This document shows positions 15,507 to 24,586 of a stretch of DNA of 47,722 nt, one piece after another. Position numbers and translations under genes: made by a program. Position 1 is the stretch's first letter; each line of letters starts with the position of its first letter. The stretch is from an uncultured Bdellovibrionales bacterium (GTDB taxonomy: Bacteria; Patescibacteriota; Minisyncoccia; Moranbacterales; DUUL01): contig CAYWJP010000002.1 in assembly GCA_964458715.1 (NCBI GenBank), positions 1 to 47,722 on the forward strand. The letters are read 5' to 3'. Under the pieces are notes generated by a model. The model had not been told where the DNA came from and made no database searches. It worked only from the letters and a program-made list of their open reading frames with translations.

Positions 15507-18161
15507 ATGCAAAAAAAAGAGACAGAGAATTTTCTCAAGAATGAATTAAATGAAACAAAAGAGGGAATGAATTCTCTTAAAAAAGAATCAAATTTGAAAA
15601 AAGAAAAAACTACAACCAAACTTTCTAAATTAGTGGATCGAATTATAAGTATCCCGATTTATTTAGTGGTGATTTTATTGCCCATTTTCTTTTACCAAAA
15701 TGTTCCTAGTCCGTTGGAATTGAACAAACAGTCGTTGTTGGTTGGATTGATTGGGATTAGCGTTCTAGCTTGGGTCGGAAAAATGGCTTGGAAAAATGAA
15801 ATAAGATTTAGAAAAAGTTTTTTATTAATCCCGATTTTAACTTTTCTTTTAATCTATACCTTGAGTACAGTTTTCTCTAGTTATTACGAACAAAGTATGT
15901 GGGGTTATTTTGGGGGGGAAGGTAAATCCTTGGTGTCTACTTTGTTTCTAGTGGCCTTCTTTATATTGATATACAATAATATAAAAAATTATCAGGGAGT
16001 GGCTAAATTGCTTTTTGCGTTTTTAATAGGCGGGTTTATTTTGGTAATTTTTGGAATCTTGCAAAATTTTCAAATATACCTTATTCCTTTCGAATTTGCT
16101 AAAGTGAAATTTTTCAGTCCAGTTGGCTCTGTTTATATCTATTCAATCTACGTAGCCTCAGTGTTTTTAGTTTCAGTAAGCTTATTTTTAAGTAATGTTT
16201 CCAGGAAATCAAAATTTATTCTTGTGACTTTGTCAATATTGGCCTTTTTCTTGTTAATGGTAATTAATTTTAAAATAGTTTGGGTAGTCTTACTATTAAT
16301 GTTGGCTTTTATTTTAGGAGTGACTATTTTAATTGAAAACAAAAAACCTTCTCGATTGAGAATAATCCCGATGATATTTTTAGTTTTAGCCTTACTTTTT
16401 GTATTAAGGGCAAAACCCCTTTTTAATAATTCCGATTTACCTGTTGAAATTTTTCTGAAAAATAAAACAGCCGCAGAAATTTCATTGAGTTCTATCAAGG
16501 CCAATCCTTTGCTCGGTAGTGGACCGACTACTTTTGCTAATGTTTACAAAAAGAATCGACCCAGCAATCTAGGAGATTTTTCTGTGGTCAATTTTAATGA
16601 ATCTGCTAGTTTCTTTTTAACTTTAGTTTCTACCACAGGGATTCTAGGAACAATTTCTTTTCTGTTTTTAATTATTTCTGGCCTGGGGATTTTATTTAAG
16701 GAAATGGTAGGCATGATTCTCAGGGCTGATCAAGGAAATAATTTTCAAAATTATTTAGGAGTGAGCATAGGAGTTACTTGGTTATTTCTTACGATTTGTT
16801 TGTTCCTATATTTTGCTAACATTACAATTTTGATGCTCTGGTGGTTATTCTTTGGCTTACTAGTGTCAATATCTTTTTTGAATAAAAAAAATAAAGACAA
16901 TGCTACAAGTGAAATTGCAGCTACCTCTATCAATCCTAGAACTTCTTTCTTTTTATCTTTCGGATTTGTACTAATAATAATCGGATTCATAGCCATTCTT
17001 TATCTTCAAAGTCAAAAATATATAGCAGCTATCTATTTTAGTCGAGCTTTAAAGGAAAGTAGTCGGGAAAACAACGTTAATAACGTTGCTGAAAAAATCT
17101 CAAAAGCTGTTTCTTTAGATCCTAATAGAGACTCATACTATCAAGACTTGGCCGTTGTTCATTTAGCCTTGGCTAAAGAAAAAATTATTGAAAAAGGTCT
17201 GCAGAATTTAACTCCAGAAGAAGCTAATTTTGTTAGTACTAGATTCAGAAGCGCCTTAGAGTCGTTAAATCAATCTAAGGTCTTAAATCCGGCAAATTCT
17301 GATAATTTTGTTTCCTTGGCTAATCTTTATGAAGAATTCATTGTTATTCAGAAAAATTCAGGAGAAAAGGCGATTGAAAATTATCAGAAGGCGATTGAAT
17401 TAGATCCAAAAAATCCAGAGATATATCAATCGATGGCTAATGTTCAAATTACTTTGTCTGATTTGGAGACATCGGAGCAAAATTTAAATAAAGAAGTGGG
17501 AGTAGAAATAGAAATTCCTAGAAAAAGTTTGGAATACTTAGCAATGGCTGAAGAATATCTAAAAAAAGCATTGGAAATTAAGGCTGATTATGTTAGCGCC
17601 AACGTTCTTCTTGTGATTGTTTATGAAAAAAGTGGAGAATTAGAAAAAGCTTTAGCTAAGGCTATTGAGAATACCGAAATTTACCCGAACTCTGCGGAAT
17701 TATTTATGAATTTAGGTAGAATTTATTATCAACAAGAAAGCTATGATCAAGCAGAAATTAATCTTAGGAGAGCCTTAGGCTTAAATTCTCAGTATTCTAA
17801 TGCTAGATATTTGTTTGGTTTAGTTTTAGATAAACAAGGTAATAAAGAGGAAGCTTTGAAAGAATTTGAAAAAATTCAAGAGTTTAATCCAGATAACGAA
17901 TTACTGACAGAGATTATCAATAATCTAAAAAATGGACGGAAAGCTCTTTTCGGAGTTGGCACTGATGAAACGCAAGCGAATTTGGAACCAGAGATTAATC
18001 TTGACGAATTAGAAACCGTCATTGATAATGAAGATGACACAAACACTGCAAGCGATGAAATTGATGGAAGTGATGGAAGTGACGAAGGTGACGAAATTAA
18101 TGTAAGCGATACAGAGGAAGATTTAACTAGCCAGGAAACACCAGAAACAATAACAGAATAA
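15507..18161 (+). CDS. O-antigen-ligase-like polytopic membrane domain fused to TPR repeats and an acidic tail
   Basis: About 500 aa with many TM segments. Then come TPR-like repeats (AIENYQKAIELDPKNPEIYQSMA, AEINLRRALGLNSQYSNARYLFG, EALKEFEKIQEFNPDN). The tail is rich in D/E/S/T. Confidence 0.55.
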   Translation: MQKKETENFLKNELNETKEGMNSLKKESNLKKEKTTTKLSKLVDRIISIPIYLVVILLPIFFYQNVPSPLELNKQSLLVGLIGISVLAWVGKMAWKNEIRFRKSFLLIPILTFLLIYTLSTVFSSYYEQSMWGYFGGEGKSLVSTLFLVAFFILIYNNIKNYQGVAKLLFAFLIGGFILVIFGILQNFQIYLIPFEFAKVKFFSPVGSVYIYSIYVASVFLVSVSLFLSNVSRKSKFILVTLSILAFFLLMVINFKIVWVVLLLMLAFILGVTILIENKKPSRLRIIPMIFLVLALLFVLRAKPLFNNSDLPVEIFLKNKTAAEISLSSIKANPLLGSGPTTFANVYKKNRPSNLGDFSVVNFNESASFFLTLVSTTGILGTISFLFLIISGLGILFKEMVGMILRADQGNNFQNYLGVSIGVTWLFLTICLFLYFANITILMLWWLFFGLLVSISFLNKKNKDNATSEIAATSINPRTSFFLSFGFVLIIIGFIAILYLQSQKYIAAIYFSRALKESSRENNVNNVAEKISKAVSLDPNRDSYYQDLAVVHLALAKEKIIEKGLQNLTPEEANFVSTRFRSALESLNQSKVLNPANSDNFVSLANLYEEFIVIQKNSGEKAIENYQKAIELDPKNPEIYQSMANVQITLSDLETSEQNLNKEVGVEIEIPRKSLEYLAMAEEYLKKALEIKADYVSANVLLVIVYEKSGELEKALAKAIENTEIYPNSAELFMNLGRIYYQQESYDQAEINLRRALGLNSQYSNARYLFGLVLDKQGNKEEALKEFEKIQEFNPDNELLTEIINNLKNGRKALFGVGTDETQANLEPEINLDELETVIDNEDDTNTASDEIDGSDGSDEGDEINVSDTEEDLTSQETPETITE

Positions 18162-18226
18162 TATATGGTTATATTGATAAATTATTTTATAAAAGATTTA
18201 TTTAATTAGACGATATTTAAAATAAA

Positions 18227-19561
18227 ATGACCAAAACAAAAAATATAATAGAAATAAAAAACCTTAATGTTATTTACAATAAGGGAAAATCCAACCAGGT
18301 TAGAGCACTGGAAAGTGTTAACCTGGATCTTCAACCCGAAGAATGGGTTATTGTCTTTGGTCCTTCCGGATGTGGAAAATCAACTTTATTAAATTCCATA
18401 GCTGGACTAGAGACACCTACTAGTGGAAAAGTTAATGTTTTAGATAGGGATATTAATAAACTTACTAGTAATGAAAAATCTGAATATCGAGGAAAATCAG
18501 TTGGAATGATTTTTCAATCTTTTCATTTGATTAATTCACTAACAGTCTTGGATAATGTTTGTTTACCCCAAGTTTTTTACGGTGTTGATTTAAAAGAAAG
18601 AGAAAAGATGGCAATGAGCTTTTTGGATCGTTTTGGAATTGCTAATCAAGCCAAAAAATATCCAACGGACATCTCTGGAGGTCAACGACAGAAAGTTTCG
18701 ATTGCGAGAGCTTTAATGAATAGTCCAGAAATAATTTTAGCTGATGAGCCAGTGGGAAATTTGGATTCCAAATCTACCTATAATGTGATGGCAATTCTCA
18801 AGGAATTAAATAAGGTTGATAAAAAAACTGTTATAATGGTAACTCACGATTCGCAACATTTAAAACATGCTGATAAAATAGTTCATGTTAAGGACGGTAA
18901 GATATTGAGGGTTGAAGTTATTAGGAGAAAACAAGATCCAAGTAAAAAATTAACAAAAGACGGAAAGAGAATGGTGAAAACTACGGAGGTTCGAATTCCT
19001 ATGGATTTAAAATTATTGATGAATTCTTTCAAAGACTTATCTAGTTCAAAGATGAGTCAATTACTTGAACCTTTTAAGGTTAAACAGACCTTTGCTTATT
19101 TAATGTTACCAATTACAAATCATCAAGTGGAATTAACTCAACAATATATGCAGAAATTTTTCTTGGGTAATTTAACTAAAAAACAGCTTCAGGAGCAACT
19201 TAATGAATCGGTGGAAAAAGGAGGAGCGGGATGGGACAAGAGAAACGCTAAAAAATTTACTAGTGAAGTAGTTGATTTTTATGAACAATCTAAAAATATT
19301 GATTATTCAGAACCATTTTTATCGACAATTAAATTAAGTAAATTTTTTATCAAAAGATATCCCCTGAAAAAAACTGAATATCAATTAAATATTTTAAAAA
19401 GTAGCATTGAAAATAGATTGAGGAACGAATTATCCAGAGAAGATTTTCAAGAAATTTTAAATAAACCTGTTTCTGAAGAAGGACTTGGTTTGAATCGTAG
19501 AACTGCTCAAAAAATTGCTAGAGAATTAGAACTTTTAATTTTAATAAGATATTCAGGTTAA
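18227..19561 (+). CDS. ABC transporter ATP-binding protein (MacB/LolD-type) with about 220-aa C-terminal extension
   Basis: Walker A GPSGCGKST, signature ISGGQRQKVSIARAL, Walker B ILADEPVGNLD and H-loop VTHD lie within aa 1-225. Residues 226-444 fall outside the ABC fold and contain an internal duplication. Confidence 0.85.
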   Translation: MTKTKNIIEIKNLNVIYNKGKSNQVRALESVNLDLQPEEWVIVFGPSGCGKSTLLNSIAGLETPTSGKVNVLDRDINKLTSNEKSEYRGKSVGMIFQSFHLINSLTVLDNVCLPQVFYGVDLKEREKMAMSFLDRFGIANQAKKYPTDISGGQRQKVSIARALMNSPEIILADEPVGNLDSKSTYNVMAILKELNKVDKKTVIMVTHDSQHLKHADKIVHVKDGKILRVEVIRRKQDPSKKLTKDGKRMVKTTEVRIPMDLKLLMNSFKDLSSSKMSQLLEPFKVKQTFAYLMLPITNHQVELTQQYMQKFFLGNLTKKQLQEQLNESVEKGGAGWDKRNAKKFTSEVVDFYEQSKNIDYSEPFLSTIKLSKFFIKRYPLKKTEYQLNILKSSIENRLRNELSREDFQEILNKPVSEEGLGLNRRTAQKIARELELLILIRYSG

Positions 19562-19565
19562 ATAT

Positions 19566-20753
19566 ATGAAATTTATTGATTTAATAAAATTGGCTACTCG
19601 AATGTTTAGGGCTAGAACATCTAGAACATTCTTGACTATTTTGGGAGTTGGAGTGGGTATGGCTACTATTTTGTTTTTAATTTCTTTAGGCTTCGGTGTC
19701 CAAGAAGTTATTCTTAATAAAATAACCACATCGGACTCGTTGGCTTCGATTGATATTTTTGCTAATCCCGAAAAGGTTAAAAAAATTAATTGGGAGTCTG
19801 TTGAGCAAATTAAATATATAAAAGAGCTTGAAAAAGTTGCACCTCTTTTGAAATATGATGGTCAAATTAAAGTTGAAGAGTATTCAAGCAACACTTCTTT
19901 GTTAATTACCAATCCTGGGTATATTGGAATGGATGGAAAAAAAATTATTGCAGGAGAAGATCTTTCTTCGGCAAAAGAAGATGGAGTGGTTTTTACGTCA
20001 GCTTTTTTAAAAATTCTGGGTAAAAAATCAGAGGATCTGTTGGGAAAATATGTTGAAATTACTTTGCAAATTCCAAGTGAAAATATAGGTCAATTTGTAG
20101 ATAAAAAAATAGAAACTAAGTTTGTTGTTATTGGAATAATCGAGGATGAGGCACCTAATGTTTACATTAATTTAAATAAAGTTAAAGATGCTAATTTAAA
20201 TAATATTTCTTTAATAAAAGTTAGAACTCAAAACTTTAATCAGGTTGATGAAGCTAAATTTAAAATTGACGCCTTAGGTTTTAGGACATCTTCAACATCT
20301 GAAGTGATTGATCAAACTAAAAAGTTCTTTTCAATTGCTAGTTTAGTATTGGCGATTTTAGGTGTAATTACATTAGCAGTTAGTTCAATAGGAATGTTTA
20401 ATACAATGGTGATTACTCTCTTGGAAAGAACCGAAGAAATTGGAATTATGAAGTCTATAGGAGCTACTGATAGAAATATTTTAAGTATTTTTATTTTTGA
20501 GGCAGCTATGATAGGTTTTTTGGGAGGAGTGGCAGGTGTTATTATGGGTTTTTTGGCACAAATAATTTTTAATGTTATTATTAATTTCATAGCCGTTAGA
20601 ATGGGCGGAGAAGCTTTTAATTTGTTTCATTCCCCTCTTTGGTTTGTAATTTCGTTAATAACAGTTTCTTTGTTGATAGGGATTATTACCGGATTAATTC
20701 CAGCCAGAAAAGCCAGTGTAGTTGACCCATTAGAAGCCTTAAAGAGAAGATAG
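19566..20753 (+). CDS. ABC permease, MacB/FtsX family
   Basis: TM1, then an extracytoplasmic domain of about 230 aa, then a C-terminal 3-TM FtsX domain (EEIGIMKSIGATDRNIL). There is a 4-nt gap after the ATPase gene. Confidence 0.85.
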   Translation: MKFIDLIKLATRMFRARTSRTFLTILGVGVGMATILFLISLGFGVQEVILNKITTSDSLASIDIFANPEKVKKINWESVEQIKYIKELEKVAPLLKYDGQIKVEEYSSNTSLLITNPGYIGMDGKKIIAGEDLSSAKEDGVVFTSAFLKILGKKSEDLLGKYVEITLQIPSENIGQFVDKKIETKFVVIGIIEDEAPNVYINLNKVKDANLNNISLIKVRTQNFNQVDEAKFKIDALGFRTSSTSEVIDQTKKFFSIASLVLAILGVITLAVSSIGMFNTMVITLLERTEEIGIMKSIGATDRNILSIFIFEAAMIGFLGGVAGVIMGFLAQIIFNVIINFIAVRMGGEAFNLFHSPLWFVISLITVSLLIGIITGLIPARKASVVDPLEALKRR

Positions 20754-20830
20754 TTTTAATGAAAATCTAAAATTCAATTGCTATCATTAAAAATAATATT
20801 AAAAACTGAGTATTTAAATTAAAAATCAAT

Positions 20831-21481
20831 ATGAACAAACATTTTACAAAAAAGCTTTTAGTTAGTGTTCTGCAAGTTATGATAATTTTTGTTACAATTT
20901 TTGGGAGTCTGGTTACTTTCGAATATTTACAACAGAAAAATGATAAAAAGGAACAAATGTCCCAAGTTTCTCTTTATCACAATAAGGTTGATGGGGGATT
21001 TACTAGAGTTTTAGGCGAAACTAATGCTAGCGGTGAAGAACTTAAAGGAAATAGGTTCGTAGCGCAAGATGTTACTTTTGGAGGAGAGACTTTAATGGCT
21101 ATGACAGATGATGGTAAGGAAGAAGAAATAGAAATTTCTCAACTTCAAGGAAAATTATATCGTTCTAGCGAAGATGGTAACATGAATTATTATGCTTCTT
21201 GGCAATCCAACAAACCAACAATGTCAGTTGTTGAATATAAAAATGAACAAGATGCAGAAACATTAGAAATAAAAGAAAATAATTTTGGATATGTTCATGC
21301 TATTACTTTGCCTGGAGTTTCTTTAGCGAGCGTCTATCAATATATAATCAAAAGTAAAGATCGTTGGGGGAATGAAGTTGATTCGGGTCAGTTTATTTTT
21401 TATACAGGAGCTCCAGATGCTTCATTTTTCCAAATACTCGATGAATCTTTTCAGGATGTCTTTGGATGGATGATGAAATAG
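20831..21481 (+). CDS. Membrane-anchored extracytoplasmic protein, FN3/purple-acid-phosphatase-N-like beta domain
   Basis: N-terminal TM anchor. The C-terminal segment YASWQSNKPTMSVVEYKNEQDAETLEIKE...YQYIIKSKDRWGNEV resembles FN3-like domains. Confidence 0.4.
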   Translation: MNKHFTKKLLVSVLQVMIIFVTIFGSLVTFEYLQQKNDKKEQMSQVSLYHNKVDGGFTRVLGETNASGEELKGNRFVAQDVTFGGETLMAMTDDGKEEEIEISQLQGKLYRSSEDGNMNYYASWQSNKPTMSVVEYKNEQDAETLEIKENNFGYVHAITLPGVSLASVYQYIIKSKDRWGNEVDSGQFIFYTGAPDASFFQILDESFQDVFGWMMK

Positions 21482-21541
21482 CAATCAATGATAAAACTTC
21501 ACCGAAGGAGGGCATTGATTAAATCAATAAATTAGAATAAG

Positions 21542-21574
21542 ATTTCCCCTTGGTTTGATCTTGGGGAAATTTTG
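21542..21574 (+). terminator. Intrinsic terminator
   Basis: atttcccc (21542-21549) pairs with ggggaaat (21563-21570), followed by tttt. Confidence 0.65.
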
Positions 21575-21627
21575 ATTTATAACCAAATAAATTATCCACC
21601 AAAGATGAACACTAAAATAAATAACTC

Positions 21628-21657
21628 TTTACTTTTTCTAGTAAAATATTGTATAAT
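21628..21657 (+). promoter_or_regulatory. Sigma70-like promoter for the 21693 gene
   Basis: TTTACT (21628-21633), an 18-nt spacer, then TATAAT (21652-21657). Confidence 0.4.
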
Positions 21658-21692
21658 AAATTAAAGAATGATTTTAAAATAAATAAACTTAT

Positions 21693-22448
21693 ATGAAAAT
21701 AAAAAAAACAACGACTATTTTTGGGCTGTTACTTTTGTTAATTATTTTTTCTCCCTATACCATCACCAAGCTTACTGTTGATGCTGAAGATGCAGTGACA
21801 GAAATTCTCGGAGAAGAATATGCTCAATTAGAAGAAGACCTTCTGGTACTTCAAGCAGAAGAGGAAGAAGTTGTTGAAAATTTAGAATTAGAAAACCAAA
21901 TTTTAATTGATTCATCAACTGTTGAAACCGAAGATGTTGCTTTAATTGATGAGGTGGCAGCAGAAGATCCTGTTGTTATTGATGAAATTATAAATTCAGA
22001 AGAAGAAATTGAAACTCAAGAGTCAATTGAAACAGTTATTGAAGAAGAAGAAATTGAAACTCAAGAGTCAATTGAAACAGTTATTGAAGAAGAAATTGAA
22101 ACTCAAGAGTCAATTGAAACAGTTGAAGAAGAAGAAGAAGAAATAGTCAATAAATTCGACCCAGCTATTGCCCCTAGTCAGGTTTCTTTAAAAATACTTT
22201 TAGCGCAAAATAGCAAAACCCCAGATTTCAATGTCCTAGCTCGTTTTGTTGGAGTGGGAAGAGACCCAGTAGAAGAAGAAATTGACAAAAATGGTGAAAT
22301 TGAAGTCATCTTAGAAACAGGAAGATATTATGTGGAATTAGTGATTGAAGATCAAAACTACAAACCAGAAAATGATTTACCTGCTTTCTTTCTTTTACCG
22401 AATAAAGAAGTTGACTTAGAGGATATTTATTTAGAAAGGAAAAATTAA
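21693..22448 (+). CDS. Secreted highly acidic repeat protein with C-terminal beta-sandwich-like domain
   Basis: Signal peptide, E-rich region with three IETQESIETV repeats, and a C-terminal tail of about 100 aa (GEIEVILETGRYYVELVIEDQNY) reminiscent of carboxypeptidase-regulatory-like folds. Confidence 0.45.
   Translation: MKIKKTTTIFGLLLLLIIFSPYTITKLTVDAEDAVTEILGEEYAQLEEDLLVLQAEEEEVVENLELENQILIDSSTVETEDVALIDEVAAEDPVVIDEIINSEEEIETQESIETVIEEEEIETQESIETVIEEEIETQESIETVEEEEEEIVNKFDPAIAPSQVSLKILLAQNSKTPDFNVLARFVGVGRDPVEEEIDKNGEIEVILETGRYYVELVIEDQNYKPENDLPAFFLLPNKEVDLEDIYLERKN
21999..22145 (+). repeat. In-frame tandem repeat (42/45/39-nt units) plus GAA run
   Basis: Units lie at 21999-22040, 22041-22085 and 22086-22124 (gaagaagaaattgaaactcaagagtcaattgaaacagtt[att]). 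A (gaa)n run follows. Confidence 0.9.
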
Positions 22449-22483
22449 TAAATTTTTTTAATTACTAATATAACACTCTATTC

Positions 22484-23590
22484 ATGGATTGGAAAATTAT
22501 CTTGATAATATTTGGAGCTATTTTTTTTAACACAGTTATGGTTATGGGGGTGGTTTTTTTGCTTTTCATCAAAAAGAAATCGTTAAAAAAAATCAAAAAA
22601 CGAAGAATATTATTTCCCAACAAAGAAAAACTATATAAAAAATTTAATTTTACACTTTTTATTGTTTTTTTAATTGTTGGAAATATTTTAGCTTTTAATT
22701 TATTCTCCAATAATAAAGAAAGTATTCTTCGAAAAGTTAAATTAATCGGAGTAAATCTAGCTAATTTTGAATTGACTGACAAAAATTTTAAAAAACCAAC
22801 AAATATCAATAATTCTGGTCTCAATTTAGTTTTTTATGCTGATCAATATGAAAATTGGGAAAATTTTGAATCTGATATAGATATTTTAATGGAAGGATTA
22901 AGAGGAATTTCACCTTGGGATAATTTTAACAGATTTAATGTTTATAAAATATATCCCGGAAAAAAACAAAAACTTTGTAAAATTAAAACTCAAAATGAAA
23001 GAAAGCCCGTGATTAGATGTAGCGAAGATATCAATAATTACCTTAATCAAATTTCTGCTTCGCGACTTAAATTAATAGTTCTTTCTCGTCAAGAGTTCCA
23101 GTCATGGGCAAATTTAACTCGTTTGGCAAATTCCGGAATATTTTTCAGTATAAAACAAAAAATTATTCTGCAAGATAGATTGGGACAAGCTATTTTATTT
23201 TCTCATCTAATGGGTCATGCCTTTGGTCTTAAGGACGAAGAGAAATATGTTTTAGCTAAAGCTGAGGGAGCGCCTCATACTCCAGATGGTCCTAATTGTG
23301 CTCCTGATGAAGAAACTGCTAGGGAATGGTGGGGTGATCTAGCGACAGAAGATGATAAAGTCGGATATTTCAAAACTTGTTGTGGAAACGAAGAATATAT
23401 CAAACCAACAGAAAGTTCCATAATGAATCTTAATAGTGGATTTGAAAATTTTTCAGTTAATTATGGTCCAGTTTCAGAAAGATATTTGGGAAAGATTTTA
23501 AAATATTGTTATAGCAATGATAAAGTGAGCTATGAGGACGATAAAGATTTTTTTGATAAATATCAAGAATTTAAGAGTTGTTTAAAATAA
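22484..23590 (+). CDS. Membrane-anchored peptidase-M64-like protein with HLMGH in place of HEXXH
   Basis: N-terminal TM. SHLMGHAFGLKDEEKY (H241-H245, nt 23204-23218) aligns to the M64 HExxHxFxxLxDEY signature, but Leu replaces the catalytic Glu. Confidence 0.5.
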   Translation: MDWKIILIIFGAIFFNTVMVMGVVFLLFIKKKSLKKIKKRRILFPNKEKLYKKFNFTLFIVFLIVGNILAFNLFSNNKESILRKVKLIGVNLANFELTDKNFKKPTNINNSGLNLVFYADQYENWENFESDIDILMEGLRGISPWDNFNRFNVYKIYPGKKQKLCKIKTQNERKPVIRCSEDINNYLNQISASRLKLIVLSRQEFQSWANLTRLANSGIFFSIKQKIILQDRLGQAILFSHLMGHAFGLKDEEKYVLAKAEGAPHTPDGPNCAPDEETAREWWGDLATEDDKVGYFKTCCGNEEYIKPTESSIMNLNSGFENFSVNYGPVSERYLGKILKYCYSNDKVSYEDDKDFFDKYQEFKSCLK

Positions 23591-23655
23591 TTTTTATTTG
23601 AATTACAAGAAAAATATAGAACGAAACGAATCTTTATTTAAAGTAATTTGTAAAA

Positions 23656-24516
23656 ATGCTTTTTTTAAAAACATTTTTTAAAACTATTTTTTGCTTCCTA
23701 GTCTTACTAGGTTTTTTTAAATTGGTTGATCTTACTAGCTTATCCTTTAAAACAATTATCCCAAAATCTGAAACTCGAATTGAATTAAGTGAAAATACAA
23801 AAATAGGAGCAATTAGAAATTTGAAAGATATTTCTGAAGAAAAACAAATTGATTTTCAAGGAAATAATCAGGAAATTATTGATTTAGTTAATGAAGCTCG
23901 AATAATAGAAAACCTAGGAAAAGTTACAGAAAATGAAAAATTAAAATTGTCAGCCATGGAAAAAGCTCAACATATGAAAGATAATAATTATTTTGAGCAT
24001 ATTTCTCCTCAAGGCTTGCAACCCTGGTATTTTGTTGAAAAACAAAATTATAGTTATAAAGCTTTTGGCGAAAACTTGGCAGAAGGCTATTTTTCAGCTC
24101 AATCAGTCCATACCGGTTGGATGAATAGCCCAGGACATCGAGAAAATATTCTTTCAAAAAAATTCAATGAAATTGGAGTGGCCATTTTAGAATTTCAACA
24201 AGAAGGAAGAAAAAGCTATTTAATAGTTCAACATTTTGGAACTAAACTGACCCCGCAAGATTTAATTACAGAAATAGTTTGCGATAAAAAATCTAAAGAA
24301 AATTGCGAAGAGGCTGAAGATGACAGGGATGATTTGAAAGATTTAATAGAAGAACAAGAAAAAATTATTAAAAAAGCCGAAGAAGTCGGAGTAAGAAGTA
24401 AGGATTTGAATCGATTAGAAGAAAATTTAGATGACCTAGAAGATGCAGAGGAAGAGCTTGAAGATTATTTGGATGAATGCGAAAAATTTATGGATAAATG
24501 TGATAGGTTTGAATAA
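23656..24516 (+). CDS. CAP/SCP (YkwD-like) domain protein with acidic coiled C-terminal tail
   Basis: Signal/anchor sequence. YFEHISPQG...GENLAEG...HTGWMNSPGHRENIL is the CAP-domain signature. The C-terminus is D/E-rich with paired Cys residues. Confidence 0.7.
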   Translation: MLFLKTFFKTIFCFLVLLGFFKLVDLTSLSFKTIIPKSETRIELSENTKIGAIRNLKDISEEKQIDFQGNNQEIIDLVNEARIIENLGKVTENEKLKLSAMEKAQHMKDNNYFEHISPQGLQPWYFVEKQNYSYKAFGENLAEGYFSAQSVHTGWMNSPGHRENILSKKFNEIGVAILEFQQEGRKSYLIVQHFGTKLTPQDLITEIVCDKKSKENCEEAEDDRDDLKDLIEEQEKIIKKAEEVGVRSKDLNRLEENLDDLEDAEEELEDYLDECEKFMDKCDRFE

Positions 24517-24586
24517 ACAGAAAAAATTTGTAATTTGTTGATATTTAGATTTTAGTTTTGATTTGGAGTAATTTGGATTTTGGAAT

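Noticed and set aside
12125-16996. Other short antisense ORFs (12125..12316+, 13203..13385+, 14070..14321+, 16148..16504-, 16751..16996-). The same type occurs further along at 20312..20590-, 23924..24157-, 24922..25149-, 32125..32319+, 36414..37003+, 38936..39136+, 40960..41142+ and 45546..45770+.
   Set aside because: All are nested in longer ORFs with recognisable domains. None has independent support.
21592-21600. TTATCCACC, a near-consensus DnaA box.
   Set aside because: It is a single isolated box with no cluster, no AT-rich unwinding element pattern and no dnaA/dnaN nearby, so it is not an origin.
22465-22824. 119-aa minus-strand ORF overlapping the start of the M64-like gene.
   Set aside because: It is antisense to a CDS that has a clear TM anchor and conserved domain. 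It has no start context or motif.
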